Source: Octopus vulgaris (Eukaryota). From it: a stretch of 64,000 nt of DNA. Every line of letters starts with the position of its first letter. Within the stretch, counting starts at the first letter, position 1. A program made the translations under genes and the position numbers. Shown piece after piece: positions 12,310-24,315 of this stretch. The stretch covers positions 105,958,001-106,022,000 of the forward strand of contig OX597815.1 in NCBI GenBank assembly GCA_951406725.2, in the 5' to 3' direction. Under the pieces are notes generated by a model. That model was not told the DNA's origin and did not search any database. It saw nothing but the letters and a program-made list of their open reading frames with translations.

Positions 12310-12730
12310 GAATTGTGCAGGAAGTATGGGCTAGAATGTTCCAACAAAGGATATGAGCACCAACCTTTGTCAGAAGCAGAGAATAATCAGGTGAAACTCA
12401 CATGGGATATGCCAATCTACACAGATAAGAAGTTGCAACATAACCAACCAAATATCACTCTCTTATGCAAAGAATAGACCTTCAACATAGCTATACCTGC
12501 TAACCAGAATGTTGTGAAGATAGAAAACAAGAAGTACCAAGACATAGCATTAGAAGTTAAATGCATCCACAGGGCCCCAAATGTGAGTACATTACCTATT
12601 GGGATTGCTGTAATTGGGGCCATCTCAAAGGCAGCAATATACTGGCATGAAAAGCTGCAAATACTAAATTTATAGGAATTACACATTGGCAACATCACTT
12701 GGAACAGAACATGTTGAGAAATGTGTTGCA
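12310..12730 (+). mobile_element. decayed REL-type LINE 3' fragment (third subfamily)
   Basis: YEHQPLSEAENNQVKLTWDMPIYTDKKLQHNQPNI...KYQDIALE...IGAI pattern. Confidence 0.65.
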
Positions 12731-13599
12731 TTTCTAAGCTGTGGGAGACATGACATAGATAACTCAGAAGAAAAGGAACAAGAAAGAATATGAACAAAAA
12801 TAATTTCAGCAAGCAATACTATAAATACAAAACAGTTAGGTTCAGAATTTAAACGACATGATGATGATGCTTGTTTTATGTCAAGTTTTGCTTACTCATT
12901 TAGCACTCAGTTCAAGAATATTCTATTATTCCATACTGGGCAGTTAGACTATTGCTGTTTATTACCTTTTTTCTTCTTTTTTTGCATTGGTTTCTGCTTT
13001 AAAATATTCCTTCCTAACCTTTTCTTTTATTTGTAATATACACTATCTAGTCCATTGACTCTCAAGTATTTATATGTCTATATTTGCTGTAAATCTCTTA
13101 TAACAATCTCTTTATCTAACAATTTAATTGCTCATAATTAATTGTCTTCATTTCAAGGTTGCCTTTTTTAATCTGAATCTCAGAGCAATTTCTTTGGTAC
13201 ATCTATGTAGTATCAGCAACAGTGTTTCTAGTGTTTATCAGCAACAGCATACAACTTCAGGTTGTTCATATACAAAAGATGGTTAATTACACACAAGTCT
13301 AAATCTGTTTAATGTATTGGTTGAAAGTATTAGCATTAAACAAAAAAGGAAAGGAAGCAGGAAAGCAGAAATATGAGGCTAGTTTTATAATTCCCTTTCT
13401 CTTCCCTCTGGCTGAGTAGCCATGTATCTCTACAGTTGCACACCTATTTCTGCCCTCATTCTTGGTCACTCTCTCTCACTCTCTCCTTTACATCAGCGCA
13501 CCTGTTTCTGTCCTCTTTCTTCTACCTCTCTCTTCTCTCTCTCTCTCTCCCTCTCTCTCTCTCCAGGTAACCATGTACTTCCTCTATAGCAAGATCACT

Positions 13600-14402
13600 C
13601 ATTAACAAAATGAGCTTGTCATTTGCCTCAAAAACTTCTTCCATCTGAAGTGAGAAGTTAAGCCGCTGTGTATAGTCCAATGGTTTCTTCTATTGCCCAA
13701 TGACCAATTTGTACGGGTGGAATCGATTCCTGATGTTAAGTTCTGTGCTCCAAGCAGAGCAATTCAGACTCCATATCAAAGCTTGTCTGACACGTTCCAC
13801 ATTTTCTAGGGTCTATACCTATTTCTTTATTACCCACAAGGGGCTAAACATAGAGGGGACAAACAAGAACAGACATAGGTATTAAGTCGATTACATCGAC
13901 TCCAGTGTGTAACTGGTACTTAATTTATCGACCCCGAAAGGATGAAAGGCAAAGTCAACCTCGGCGGAATTTGAACTCAGGACGTAACGGCAGACGAAAT
14001 ACCCTAAACATTTCGCCCGGCGCGCTAACGACTCTGCCAACCAGCCGCCTAGGGTCTATACCATTCATGGTACTCCCACTGGTCTCCTATTCATTAGTGT
14101 ACCTTGTGTACAAAGTGCATTCACCCAACATAAGATTGTGTTACGGGTGGGAACAATCTGATTTCAGTGAATGTTGAAGTGGCACCGAAACTCACACTGA
14201 GCTGCTGTGACAGACTCATCTTTCACATAGCTGCTGTAAGCAAGCATGCAATGCTCTATTGTCCACAGCACCATGGTTTCACCTGAAAAGAAAAAAATGC
14301 CAAAACACTATGGACCAAATGGTATCTGTCAGATATATGTTTCTTTCCCTGGGGCTGAGTATTAGCCATTTCAAAAACATCTCTCCTCTTTGCCCCACCC
14401 TG
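13600..14402 (-). mobile_element. 5' fragment of DD41D Tc1/mariner element (same family as 31815-33065), interrupted by a SINE
   Basis: Terminus CAGGGTGGGGCAAA next to TA at 14403-14404. The reverse complement matches 31830-32345. Confidence 0.8.
13820..14049 (-). mobile_element. young tRNA-derived SINE with Meta-like central domain
   Basis: GGCGGC start and GCCTTTCATCCTTTCGGGGTCGAT domain; 13-bp TSD TAGGGTCTATACC (13807-13819 / 14050-14062); CpGs retained. Confidence 0.9.
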
Positions 14403-14589
14403 TAGTTGCATCTATTTTGGATAATGAGATGTGTTTCTAGACATTTTGTTATTTATAACTTCGATGTTGTGTTTGTGGATCCTTGTGCAACTGTAGCTAA
14501 CATTTGTATTATTGTTGTTGAATAACTTATGGTATTCATGTTTGGTTGGGAAATGTTGAGAATATTTTTGTTACTTTTATTGCACAAAT

Positions 14590-15860
14590 CCCTTCAGGTT
14601 GATGGCCCTCGATCTGTAGAAAAAGTGGAGGTAGAAATTCCATAAGATGTACCCAGTGTAAGCTATGGACACATAAGAGGTGCAGCAATATCAGAGGAAG
14701 ACTAGCAGGGAAAATAGTTTTTGTATGTGAAAGGTGCACAGGTACAATTAACACAAAAATTACACAGACAACAGATTCTATCACATGCCAGGGGCGAAAA
14801 CTAGAAGTAGCCGATAACCTCCATTACCTAGGTGACTAGGTCAGTGCTGGGGGTGGATGCTCAGTGAGCATAGCTGCTAGAATACAAACAGGCTGGACAA
14901 AGGACCTCTCTCTCAGAATGAAAGGTAGATCATATGATGCCTGTGTGTGAGCAGCCATGCTACACAGCAGTGAAACATGGGCTGTGACTGCCAAGGACAT
15001 GTATAGGCTCATATAAAAAATGAAGCTAGTATGTTTCGCTAGATATGTAACGTCTGTGCATGCATGACCAAGTGTAAACGTCCTGAGAGAAAAGTTAGGC
15101 ATAAGAGGCATTAGATGTGGTGTGCAAGAAAGACGACTTTACTGGTATGGTCATGTGATGTGCATGGACAAGGACAGCTGTGTGAAGAAGTGTCGCACTC
15201 TGATGGTGATGGGAGCCTGTGGAAAAGGTAGACCCAGGAAGACATGGGATGAGGTGATGAAGCGCAGTATCCAAATGTTGAACCTCATGGAGGCAATGAC
15301 AAGTGACCAAGACCTTTGGCAGTACGCCATGCTTGAAAAGACCTTTCAAGCCACATGAGATCATAGTCGTAGTTGATACCAGTGTCACATAACTGGGTCC
15401 CTTTAAAGGCACTCTTCAAATGTTGGGCAATATGCTGTGCTTGTGAAGACCTGTCGAGCCAAGTGAAATTGTAGTCATGGCTGATGCCAGTGCCATTTGA
15501 TTAGCACCTGTGCCAGTGACTCATAAAAAGCACTATTCAAACATTGGGCCTCACTGGAAGCAGTGACAGGTGACCAACACCTTTAGTGATACATGGTGCT
15601 TGTGTAGACCTGTCAAGCCAAGTGAGATTGTAGTCATGGCCGATGTCAGTGTCAGGTCAATGGCACCCATGTCAGTGACACATAAAAACATCCAGTATAC
15701 TCTCGAAATGGTTGGTGTTAGGAAGGGAAACCAGCCATAGAAACTTTATCAAATCACACTGGAACCTGGTGTAGCTCCCCGGCTTACCAGTTTTCAGTCA
15801 AACCATCCAACCCATGCCAGCATGGAAAACAGATATTAAAGGAGGAGGAGGAAGATGATG
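14590..15860 (+). mobile_element. 5'-truncated RTE LINE
   Basis: QERRLYWYGHV...GRPRKTW (ORF 15122-15358), duplicated 3' modules and the conserved tail. Confidence 0.88.
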
Positions 15861-16274
15861 AAGATGGGGAGGATTGTTGCTGCATGCAGCATACAGAGAG
15901 ACTTGAACTAAATTATATTTCTTCTTGCGGTTCTACCTAGCTTGGATTTATTTGTGTGACTTACAATATGAATTCAAAATTTTCTTTGTTATTTTCAAAG
16001 TTTTGTTGTTAAAAGGTGATGTTTGGTCAATTATTGTTTCATTCAAATAATTTTGTGGAGATTCTCTGGGTTATGTTGCTAACTAGCTTCTTTATTATTG
16101 AAAATGGGTGGTTGAAAAAAGTTATGTATCATCACACTTCATTCAATTTCTAATATGAGTGGTGTTTTCTGGTCGTAAGGTTTAGTGTTTCATCTAGAGA
16201 TTATACTATGGATAAGTTTGATCTAGATAATTAATTTGAGATATATTAATATATATATATATATATATATATAT

Positions 16275-16695
16275 GCAGGTGTGGCTGTGTGGTAAGAAGC
16301 TTACTTTCCAACCAAATGGTTCCGTGTTCAGTCCCACTGTGTGGTACCTTGGGCAAGTGTCTTCTACTATAGGCTCAGGCTGACCAAAGCCTTGTGAGCG
16401 GATTTGGTAGATGGAAACTTAAAGAATCCCATTGTATATATGTGTGTGTGTGTGTATCTATTTGTGTTGTGTCTTTGTTCTGTGTTTGCCCCCACCACCA
16501 CCCTACCCCAATCACTGATTGATGACTGGTGTTGGTGTTTTTTGTCCCTGTAACTTAGTGGTTCAGCAAGGAGACCAACAGCATAAGTACTAAGCTTTAG
16601 AAAATAAGTCCTGGTGTTGATCTGTTCAACTAAAAACCATTCAAGGTCGTGCTCCATCATGGCCATAGTCAAAGGATTGAAACAAATAAAAGAAT
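16275..16695 (+). mobile_element. CORE-like tRNA SINE
   Basis: Same layout as 4844-5262. Confidence 0.85.
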
Positions 16696-16759
16696 AAATA
16701 TACATATATATAAATATTCATTCATTTTCCAAGCTAGTATGAGATTGGTGAATATATTA

Positions 16760-18050
16760 TAAAGGCATTGTTTTACTGTCATATGCCATTCCTGTCACTA
16801 AATCTAATTCTTGTTTTTCAATCAAGGAGTCTCTTACTCCATACAACTTTGAAGGTACAAAGCTACCAGATGATTTGATGACAGTGGAAATGACAACATC
16901 ACTGTTTATTTTCAGAGAAATGCAAATGTAAACACACAGACATAGAGATGTGCACACACACATTCCTCGTCTGGTCACAAATCTTTCCTTAATTGACTAC
17001 CACATATGAACATTCATCCTAATGTCTCATGCTGTGAGCAGTTGTCTCTTGGTGTTGTAAATATTACTTGAATAAAGCATATGGTCATCATCATTCTAAT
17101 GTCCACTTTTCCATGTTTGCATGGGTTAAACAGAATTATCTGAGGTAGATTTTCTAGGTGAGATGCTCTTCCTGTCACCAACCTGTCACCACTGTGTGGG
17201 TGACATTAATTTTTCGTTCCTGTGCAGACCTAACAAGGGCTTCACTGATAGGCCAAACAACATCACTGACCAGCTCTCACCTGGGAATTTTCCCTTTGAT
17301 AACTTAATTCTGTTTGTAACTATAAGTGCTTTCATCCTTATTGATAGTTTTGAAAACCATATTGTATTGTTTTAATGGTAAAACTTTCTCAAGACATAGT
17401 AACTCTTAATAGTCATGATTGAAGGGACAGAGTCAGACATCATCTTGGAGAAATGCAAATGTAAACACACAGACATAGAGATGTGCACACACACACACAC
17501 ACATTCCTCGTCATCTTTTTCCTTCTTTCAAGACAGTTTTGTTGATGAGAAAAGTTCAGTACATCACCAGACCCTTTTCTCCCCGCTCCAGCTTACTCAT
17601 TATTCATCACATTGTTTGTTTTGCCATGATCTTGGAAAAGTAACATCAAGAAAGCTGTGTAGAGATTATAAATAATATTCCAGCTTGTTATGGGCTGGTT
17701 GCTTTTTGGCCATGTGTGTTTCTACTTCTACCTTTTGAAGTATAACTGTTAAACAGTCTGACACATTGAGTTCAGCATCCATTGTTCTTTTAAACAAATT
17801 GATGACAGAATGTAAACTTCCTGAGCCAATAACAAAATATCAAACCTTTCCCAAATGATTTTCCATTCTGTAGTTTTGCATCAATCATCAGGAGACTTTC
17901 ACTGGTGATTTTATGTTTTGGAAGAGACATTTGCACAATATTCAGTTCTGCTGTTTATTTACACCAAAAAGACTCTGGTTCATTCTATGGAGAACCCATT
18001 AAAACCTTGGTGGCATGAGCTTTCATACTGCAATATACAACTCACAGGTC
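16760..18050 (-). mobile_element. ancient LINE (APE/RT) remnant
   Basis: Scattered residual motifs (FQ...KSPDD...FD.., KGKFPG) in the order expected for the APE-RT linker; many stops. Confidence 0.35.
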
Positions 18051-19496
18051 TAATGCAAATTTGTGCATTATATAATTTTTTTATAATGTTGTAACTTTTG
18101 ACTTGATAACCAACATATATCTCTTGTTGGTAGTTCCCTTAGTCTTCAGATAGCCTGTCATGTAAGCATGGCAAGTGATTCATGAAATCATTATCCACCT
18201 TACAACTAATGAACTAATGATATCCAGTTACCTGATACTTTTCCTGAATTTGTTGATGTTTTTTGGAGAAAGGTAATACATTAGTTGTGTGTTCTTATTT
18301 CAATCAATCTCTATTACTCACATCAGGTCATGAATAGTAATTGCAGTGTAATATTGTAAACTTTCAATGTTCAAAAGTTGAAACATGTATGTGTGAGGTT
18401 GCATGTACGTGTGTATGTATGTATGAATGTATGTGTGCATACATGTATGTATGCATATGCATGTATGAATATGTATGTAAACATGCATGCATTTATGTAT
18501 ATATTTTTTTCTTTTGCATGTTCTGTTTTTGTTTTTCCTTTATTATCCTCCCTCTTACATTTGTACTGAGGTATTGAGGGATATTAGGCTACTCACTCTG
18601 TCTCTCAATCACACCCTCACCTTTGATTAGTTTTCTTTTATCTCACCTCCCACTCAGTTTCATTTTTATTTTTTAAATGAAAACGTAATTATATATGTCA
18701 AGAACAGAAGGTGCAACACACATTCAACATAATATATGAAAGAAACAGGTCATTCAACAAAACTACCTTCAGTCAAATGATGTGCCCAATGCAGCCACAG
18801 AAGCATCTGTAGCAAGGCTTCAACTTAATTTCAAACTATATCACTCAGATTTTAAATTTAGAACCACGGCCTAGCTAAATTTTCGTAAAAGGCAAAACCA
18901 GCTATGAGAAATGAACTGTATTGCCATAAAAGGCATGAATCCCCATGTGAACATGATTTGACCAGTTCACATAGCTGGCATGTAATCAGTGAAGCAGTAT
19001 ATTTAACACTAATTACTTTTGTTGAAGGTTTTAGAAGTTTTTCTAAAAGTTATAAAATGTTGGGATATTAAACTCCAAGACAGAACAGCCTCAGGTGCTA
19101 TATGGAACTCTGTCACTTAGTTTTATGATAGGTGTTCTATTTGTCCTGCTTATAATAACTATGAAAATTACTATACATTTTACTATAATATATTTCTATT
19201 TTATGCTGTGAAAACTTTAAATTATAATGTACACAATAACATGCCTTTCAGTTCAATTAATTAATTGTACATATATAAATACAACTGTTTGAAGTAAAAA
19301 AATATATGGAAACATTATAGAAGATATATAATACAGAACAAGCATGCGCCCTACTATTGTATACTGCCAATGATGCCTTGATAACCACCACTAACCAACT
19401 TTATGCCTGGATAAGGTGGCCTATGACAGCAACTCCCACAAAACCATAACATTGTAGGGCAGCTAGTTGACCCCCACAACTGATGACTCCTTAATT

Positions 19497-20219
19497 CAGT
19501 GGTTCTCAACCTTTTTACCCTTGCGTAACTCTTAAAATAAATTACATATCTCAAGGAACACCTGCACAAAAGAAAGTATATACCATATTCTTTCTCATAT
19601 TTTTCATCATAGTTCGCGTGGTAGATATCATATATATATATATACTTTATTAAAAGCAGCAGAAATATCACAAAAACTATTACTCAGAGTTTCATATTTC
19701 TGCTGCTTTTAATAAAGTATATTACTCTACCTCTGGTATCTGAGTACTCTTTTTTCCACCTTGTTTCACATTTATGTGCTTACTCAGATAAATATAGTGA
19801 GAATTTACAAAAAAGCAAAAGACGAAGATGGGTGTGTAAACAACACACAGATGTATTAGTTTAACGCTCGGGAAGTGAGAAAGTCTATTACATTTCGAGC
19901 CTACGCTCTTCGACGGAAAGGAACTCAGAAATAAACAGGGAGAGAAAATAGAAAAGTTTTAGTTGCTAGTGATGGTGTCCATAAATTACAGACATCACTA
20001 AATATATCCCCAATGGTTGTTATATTTTTTTATAACATAATAGGTTAGAGAGGGTGATGTCTATATTACAATATTACAATAACCAACAATATGTTGTACA
20101 TATAATAGTAATATTACGTTCATGAAATTAGCATTAGCTTATCTCACTCTTTCTCGCGGAACCACTAGGAACTTTTTGCAGAACCCTAGGGTTCCGGGAA
20201 CTTCGGTTGAAAAACTCTG
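19497..20219. mobile_element. hAT-type MITE containing nested PLE-like fragments
   Basis: Termini CAGTGGTTCTCAACC / GGTTGAAAAACTCTG, the same TIR type as 28856 and 42246. TSD not preserved. Confidence 0.65.
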
Positions 20220-20440
20220 CCCATATGTGACAGTCCAGAGTGTTCAAACCTGGAGAGGTAGCCAGCCACAGTAGTTTGGGTGTCGAGTGTCACATGATCA
20301 TATGGTTTTTCTGAGAGTTGCCGAACATGAAGTGCCATTGCTCATGCACCATATGCTTAATAGTAACCTTTGTCACTTCAGCTGTTTGGCGATGGTCCTC
20401 GTCAACACGCTGGTTGATGGTGTCCTGGAGTCGCGCATGT
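20220..20440 (-). mobile_element. decayed Tc1/mariner transposase remnant
   Basis: WLATSPGLNTLDCHIW resembles the WPPxSPDLNPLDYxxW motif. It probably continues at ~19370-19496 on the far side of the MITE. Confidence 0.45.
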
Positions 20441-20599
20441 AATATAGATATCGTCTTTTGTGTATTTGTGTCGTTTGCTACGGCTTTTGTAATTAGTTAG
20501 TATTTACTAAGATCCGACAGCAGAATCCCTGAAGCTTCACGAGTAACAAGACTATACCCATTAAATGTAGCAACAATATAAGAAATACCTTAATATCTT

Positions 20600-21562
20600 A
20601 ACGAAAGTGAAAAAGAAAATGAATCTCATTCTCGTGACATTCACCTGACGTATTAATACTAACGTTCAATATTTACACTTTAATACACTTGCGCGTGCGC
20701 TCATAAATACAGTGTACGAAGTTGGTCACATGTAAACAAAGATAAAACACACACACATATAGATACAGACATATACATACATACATGCATATACATACAT
20801 ACATGCATATACAATCAGCTAACCGATATCATCATAGTATATTTGCTTAAAAACATTACCCCTACCATCCTATGAGTAGTTTGTAGAGGTAAGTGTTTAG
20901 ACTGGGGTCTATGCCCTGTTGAACAAAGGAGATTATACTAGATTCTAATCGGATAGTGTAGTCCATCTGTTTCATATGTCTATACAAATAGAAAAGTAAT
21001 ATTATGATAGTTGCTATGAATAAAATGTTATAATGTTATGTACCTGTTATGCGCGACAAAAAATATAAATCTCACAATGTAAAATAATCAAGAAACAATA
21101 AAAAATATATATTGTGTTTAAATTGAGCGTAAGAAAACTCTGTGTGTGTGTGTGTGTGTTAAAACATCGTGGTAACCCTTCGGTATTGGTACACGACGTC
21201 ATTCACCCACATAACTTTCCCTCATGATGACAGATAAAAAGTCTAGGCTGAAAAAGAGTGTGAATGACCGTCGTCTCCTCACACCGACACTCTGTAGACC
21301 GATATCGAAGGAATGTCTTGGTAATTAATGCCGTTGTAACAATTGTGACGTATAAATTTTAATTGCCAATTTAATTACAAAATCTTTTATGAACTCGGAG
21401 CGATTCAATATTATCACGTGGTAATGTTGTTATCACTGCTACTGCTTAAAAACCGAAGAAATCTGTGACGCTGGTCAATTGATGTCATACAGTACAGCGC
21501 TGAAAAATATTTTTACAACAGGTTGGATGTATTTCGCTACCTAACAGTACGACAACTCGAAG
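20600..21562 (+). promoter_or_regulatory. putative MFSD12 promoter / 5' UTR region
   Basis: Unique CpG-retaining sequence directly upstream of exon 1. Motifs: TGCGCGTGCGC (NRF1-like, 20690-20700), GACGTCA and TGACGT (CRE-like, ~21196 and ~21346), TCACGTG E-box (21414-21420), and AAGATGGC (YY1-like) over the ATG. TSS not determined. Confidence 0.6.
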
Positions 21563-21582
21563 ATGGCCACAGAAAAGGAGAC
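21563..21582 (+). CDS. MFSD12: MFSD12 orthologue coding exon 1 (MATEKE + AC, phase 2)
   Basis: AAGATGG start context and donor GTAAGG at 21583. AC joins the first G of exon 2 to give ACG and keeps the exon 2 frame. Lies in the CpG-rich zone. No homology support for these 7 codons. Confidence 0.72.
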
Positions 21583-22199
21583 GTAAGGCATTTATTTTGT
21601 TTATTGTAAATTCTTATACTTTACTCACGCTCGTCTTCATCCGGACAGACATAAAACTTGTATACATTTGTGAACAACCTTGATCATTGTACATACATAC
21701 ATATATACATTATATAACTCCCAAATTGTGTGTGTAAGTATATATACATTTACATACATACACACATAGACAATTTGCGAATATCAATATATAGCACTAA
21801 CATTTTCTTAAATCACTAAACCATAATAAAATGTTTTCGTTAACCGAACGAATCGTCTGATAGAAATTTTCTCGTCTGTATGACAAGAAAAGCTACGAAT
21901 AAAGTTGTTTGACACTTGTAAAACTGAAAAGAATTTAACTTTTTCTTTAATGTAAAAGAACTCCTTTCTTATTGACCAAATGATTGATCTATTTACCCGT
22001 CTATTTACTTATTTATTTTTGTAAGAAAGTAAATTAATGAATGGGCGGTAAGTTGAGATACTCTTGTTATATCAATGTTAGGTAAAAAATTTCGAGTAAT
22101 CGAAAATTTTACCCAATGTTGCACATCACCAATTTATATTATGCATTTCAATGAATCGGCATGAATGCCAATGAATCTATTAACGACTTCAGGAAATTA

Positions 22200-24315
22200 A
22201 AAATTAATCTAATGAAAAACTCACAAACTGTTTACAAGAGGATGTAGTTAATTATACTAGTATTCGTGTGTTTTATTATTAACACCGAACTCAGAGTGTA
22301 AATGGATGTTACTAAATACTAAGTCGGCTATGGCTGGAGTAAACTCCGAGCTGATATGAACAAACATCGTACATAATGTAACAACATCTTATGTAATGCT
22401 TTGACAACCGTCTGCTATGACAACTATCCTCTAACACTTCATATCACTGTGAATTAGTCGACGCATCTAGTTTGCGGACAATGAGCGAACATTTAAATTT
22501 CAAGTTTTTCTATGTAGTTAAGTGTTGATCCCGATTGCATTTTTAAATCCTTAAATAATTACCCGTCTAAATATGAAACAGAAACTTTTGACACATTTTT
22601 CCAGTTCTTAGTATATTTTTAACTGGTATAAAATCATCATGCAACATTTTCAATTCAAGATTGAAGTTTCGTTTTCTGTTATCATCATCACACCTAGAAT
22701 GCATTATACACATACGAGTTGGCTTTGAACTCGGAAAGAGAAGGGACGTAACTAAATACTGCAAGGTATTTTTTGTCCGATGTTCTAATAATTCTGATAA
22801 ATCAAATATTTCATTTAGACAAATAAAAATTACTTTCAACAGAATAACCTATTAATTTATTTTATGCGATTTTTTGGCTTGAATACATAATTTATTTTAG
22901 GGGGATTTTTTTTCAGGTTACGACATTTTAAGCATCCCTATACACTTTTTATTAGTTATATTTTTAATGTTATTTCCTCTTAACATCACTTTTAAAATGT
23001 TGCTGCTACAGTCCTCAATAGATTTCTCTCTGCTAACTGGTTGTGCTATTCGCACTTTGGGTACAATACTTACCTTAGAATTATTTTTGCTGAGCAACGT
23101 ATGTCACCATGTACAGGGTTTTTTTTTTTTTTTTTTTGTGAAGTTTAGTCAAATGGAAAAGATCAGTGTCCATAATCCGTTCAGGTCACTGATGGGAGAT
23201 AGGGAAGACGTTATTCTCGGACCGGAGACTCAGGAACAAAGTAAGACCTGGTAAAGCTCCAATGCACCAGGTGGTTGTGAGTGTCACTCTGAACAAATTA
23301 GATCGACCACGAACGGTCCCTCAAACGGGCTTCCATATCACGCAGTAGCCTTATCTTCAGTTACGGTAAAATCCGAACCTGGAGGAGACTAATTCGGATG
23401 TGGGGTAGCTAGTATCTACAAATTGTATGTCTATCCATCTATTTTCTTACCATGTGACACTGGAAACGTCAATAAGTAGAATGCGCCCAGATATCAAGTA
23501 TCGCTTTGTAAACAAATATTTCCTGCGGTTGTCATGTGCACTTCGACAGCGTAGGATGCATATTAAAATGTTATTTTATTGTATAATGTAAACAGGGTGT
23601 TTAGTCACCACAGATCCATAGAAATGAAATTCCGTGGTCTTAATGACTTTCTCCGAGATTCTTCTATTTGAAACCAGGAACTGAAACTGGAGTGCTAACA
23701 CGGCGTGCTTGTAGACTTAACAATACCCGACCAATGAGGCACTATTCTTTCCATATTTGAAGCAGGGGAGGTTGTAACTTTCATACCTTTTCCTAGTAAT
23801 GGCACAAATGAGATGAGATTGCTTTAAATAATAAATATGAATCGGTTCGATTTTCTATGAACATATTTCTTTCTTTACACTTACTGTTATTTTCCTACTA
23901 ACCACGAGTTCAAAATTTTGCTGATGTCAGGGAATTATCATGGCTGTTAAAATGTACTTTTTTAAGAACTGGAAAAATGTGTCAAAAGTTCAAGTTTCAT
24001 ATTTAGACTGGTAATAATGTAGACACTTAATTACATAAAAATCCTGAAATGTATACTTTCGCTCGTCCGCACACTAGATGCATCGACTAATTTGCAATGT
24101 TAGAGGCAGTAGTCAAAGCATTTCCATGTGGTATTAATTTGAATGTTGTTCATATCGCTTCGGTGTTTACTCCATAGTTGATTTTTTGTAATATCCACTT
24201 ACACTTGAACTTTGAAAGTTTATAAAATACACTAGTATTAGTCAAATACTAGAGCCAATATAATGGATTATATCCGCCTGTAACAGTTTGTGAGCTTTTC
24301 ATTAGGTTAGTTACC
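22200..24315. repeat. long diverged inverted repeat (arms ~22200-22650 and ~23905-24315)
   Basis: Collinear reverse-complement blocks, e.g. CTCACAAACTGT/ACAGTTTGTGAG, AATTAGTCGACGCATCTAGT/ACTAGATGCATCGACTAATT, CTTTTGACACATTTTTCCAGTTCTTA/TAAGAACTGGAAAAATGTGTCAAAAG. Confidence 0.85.

Noticed and set aside
22567-23254. ORFs within the long inverted repeat
   Set aside because: No recognisable transposase or other domain; one overlaps the repeat arm and another a poly-T run.
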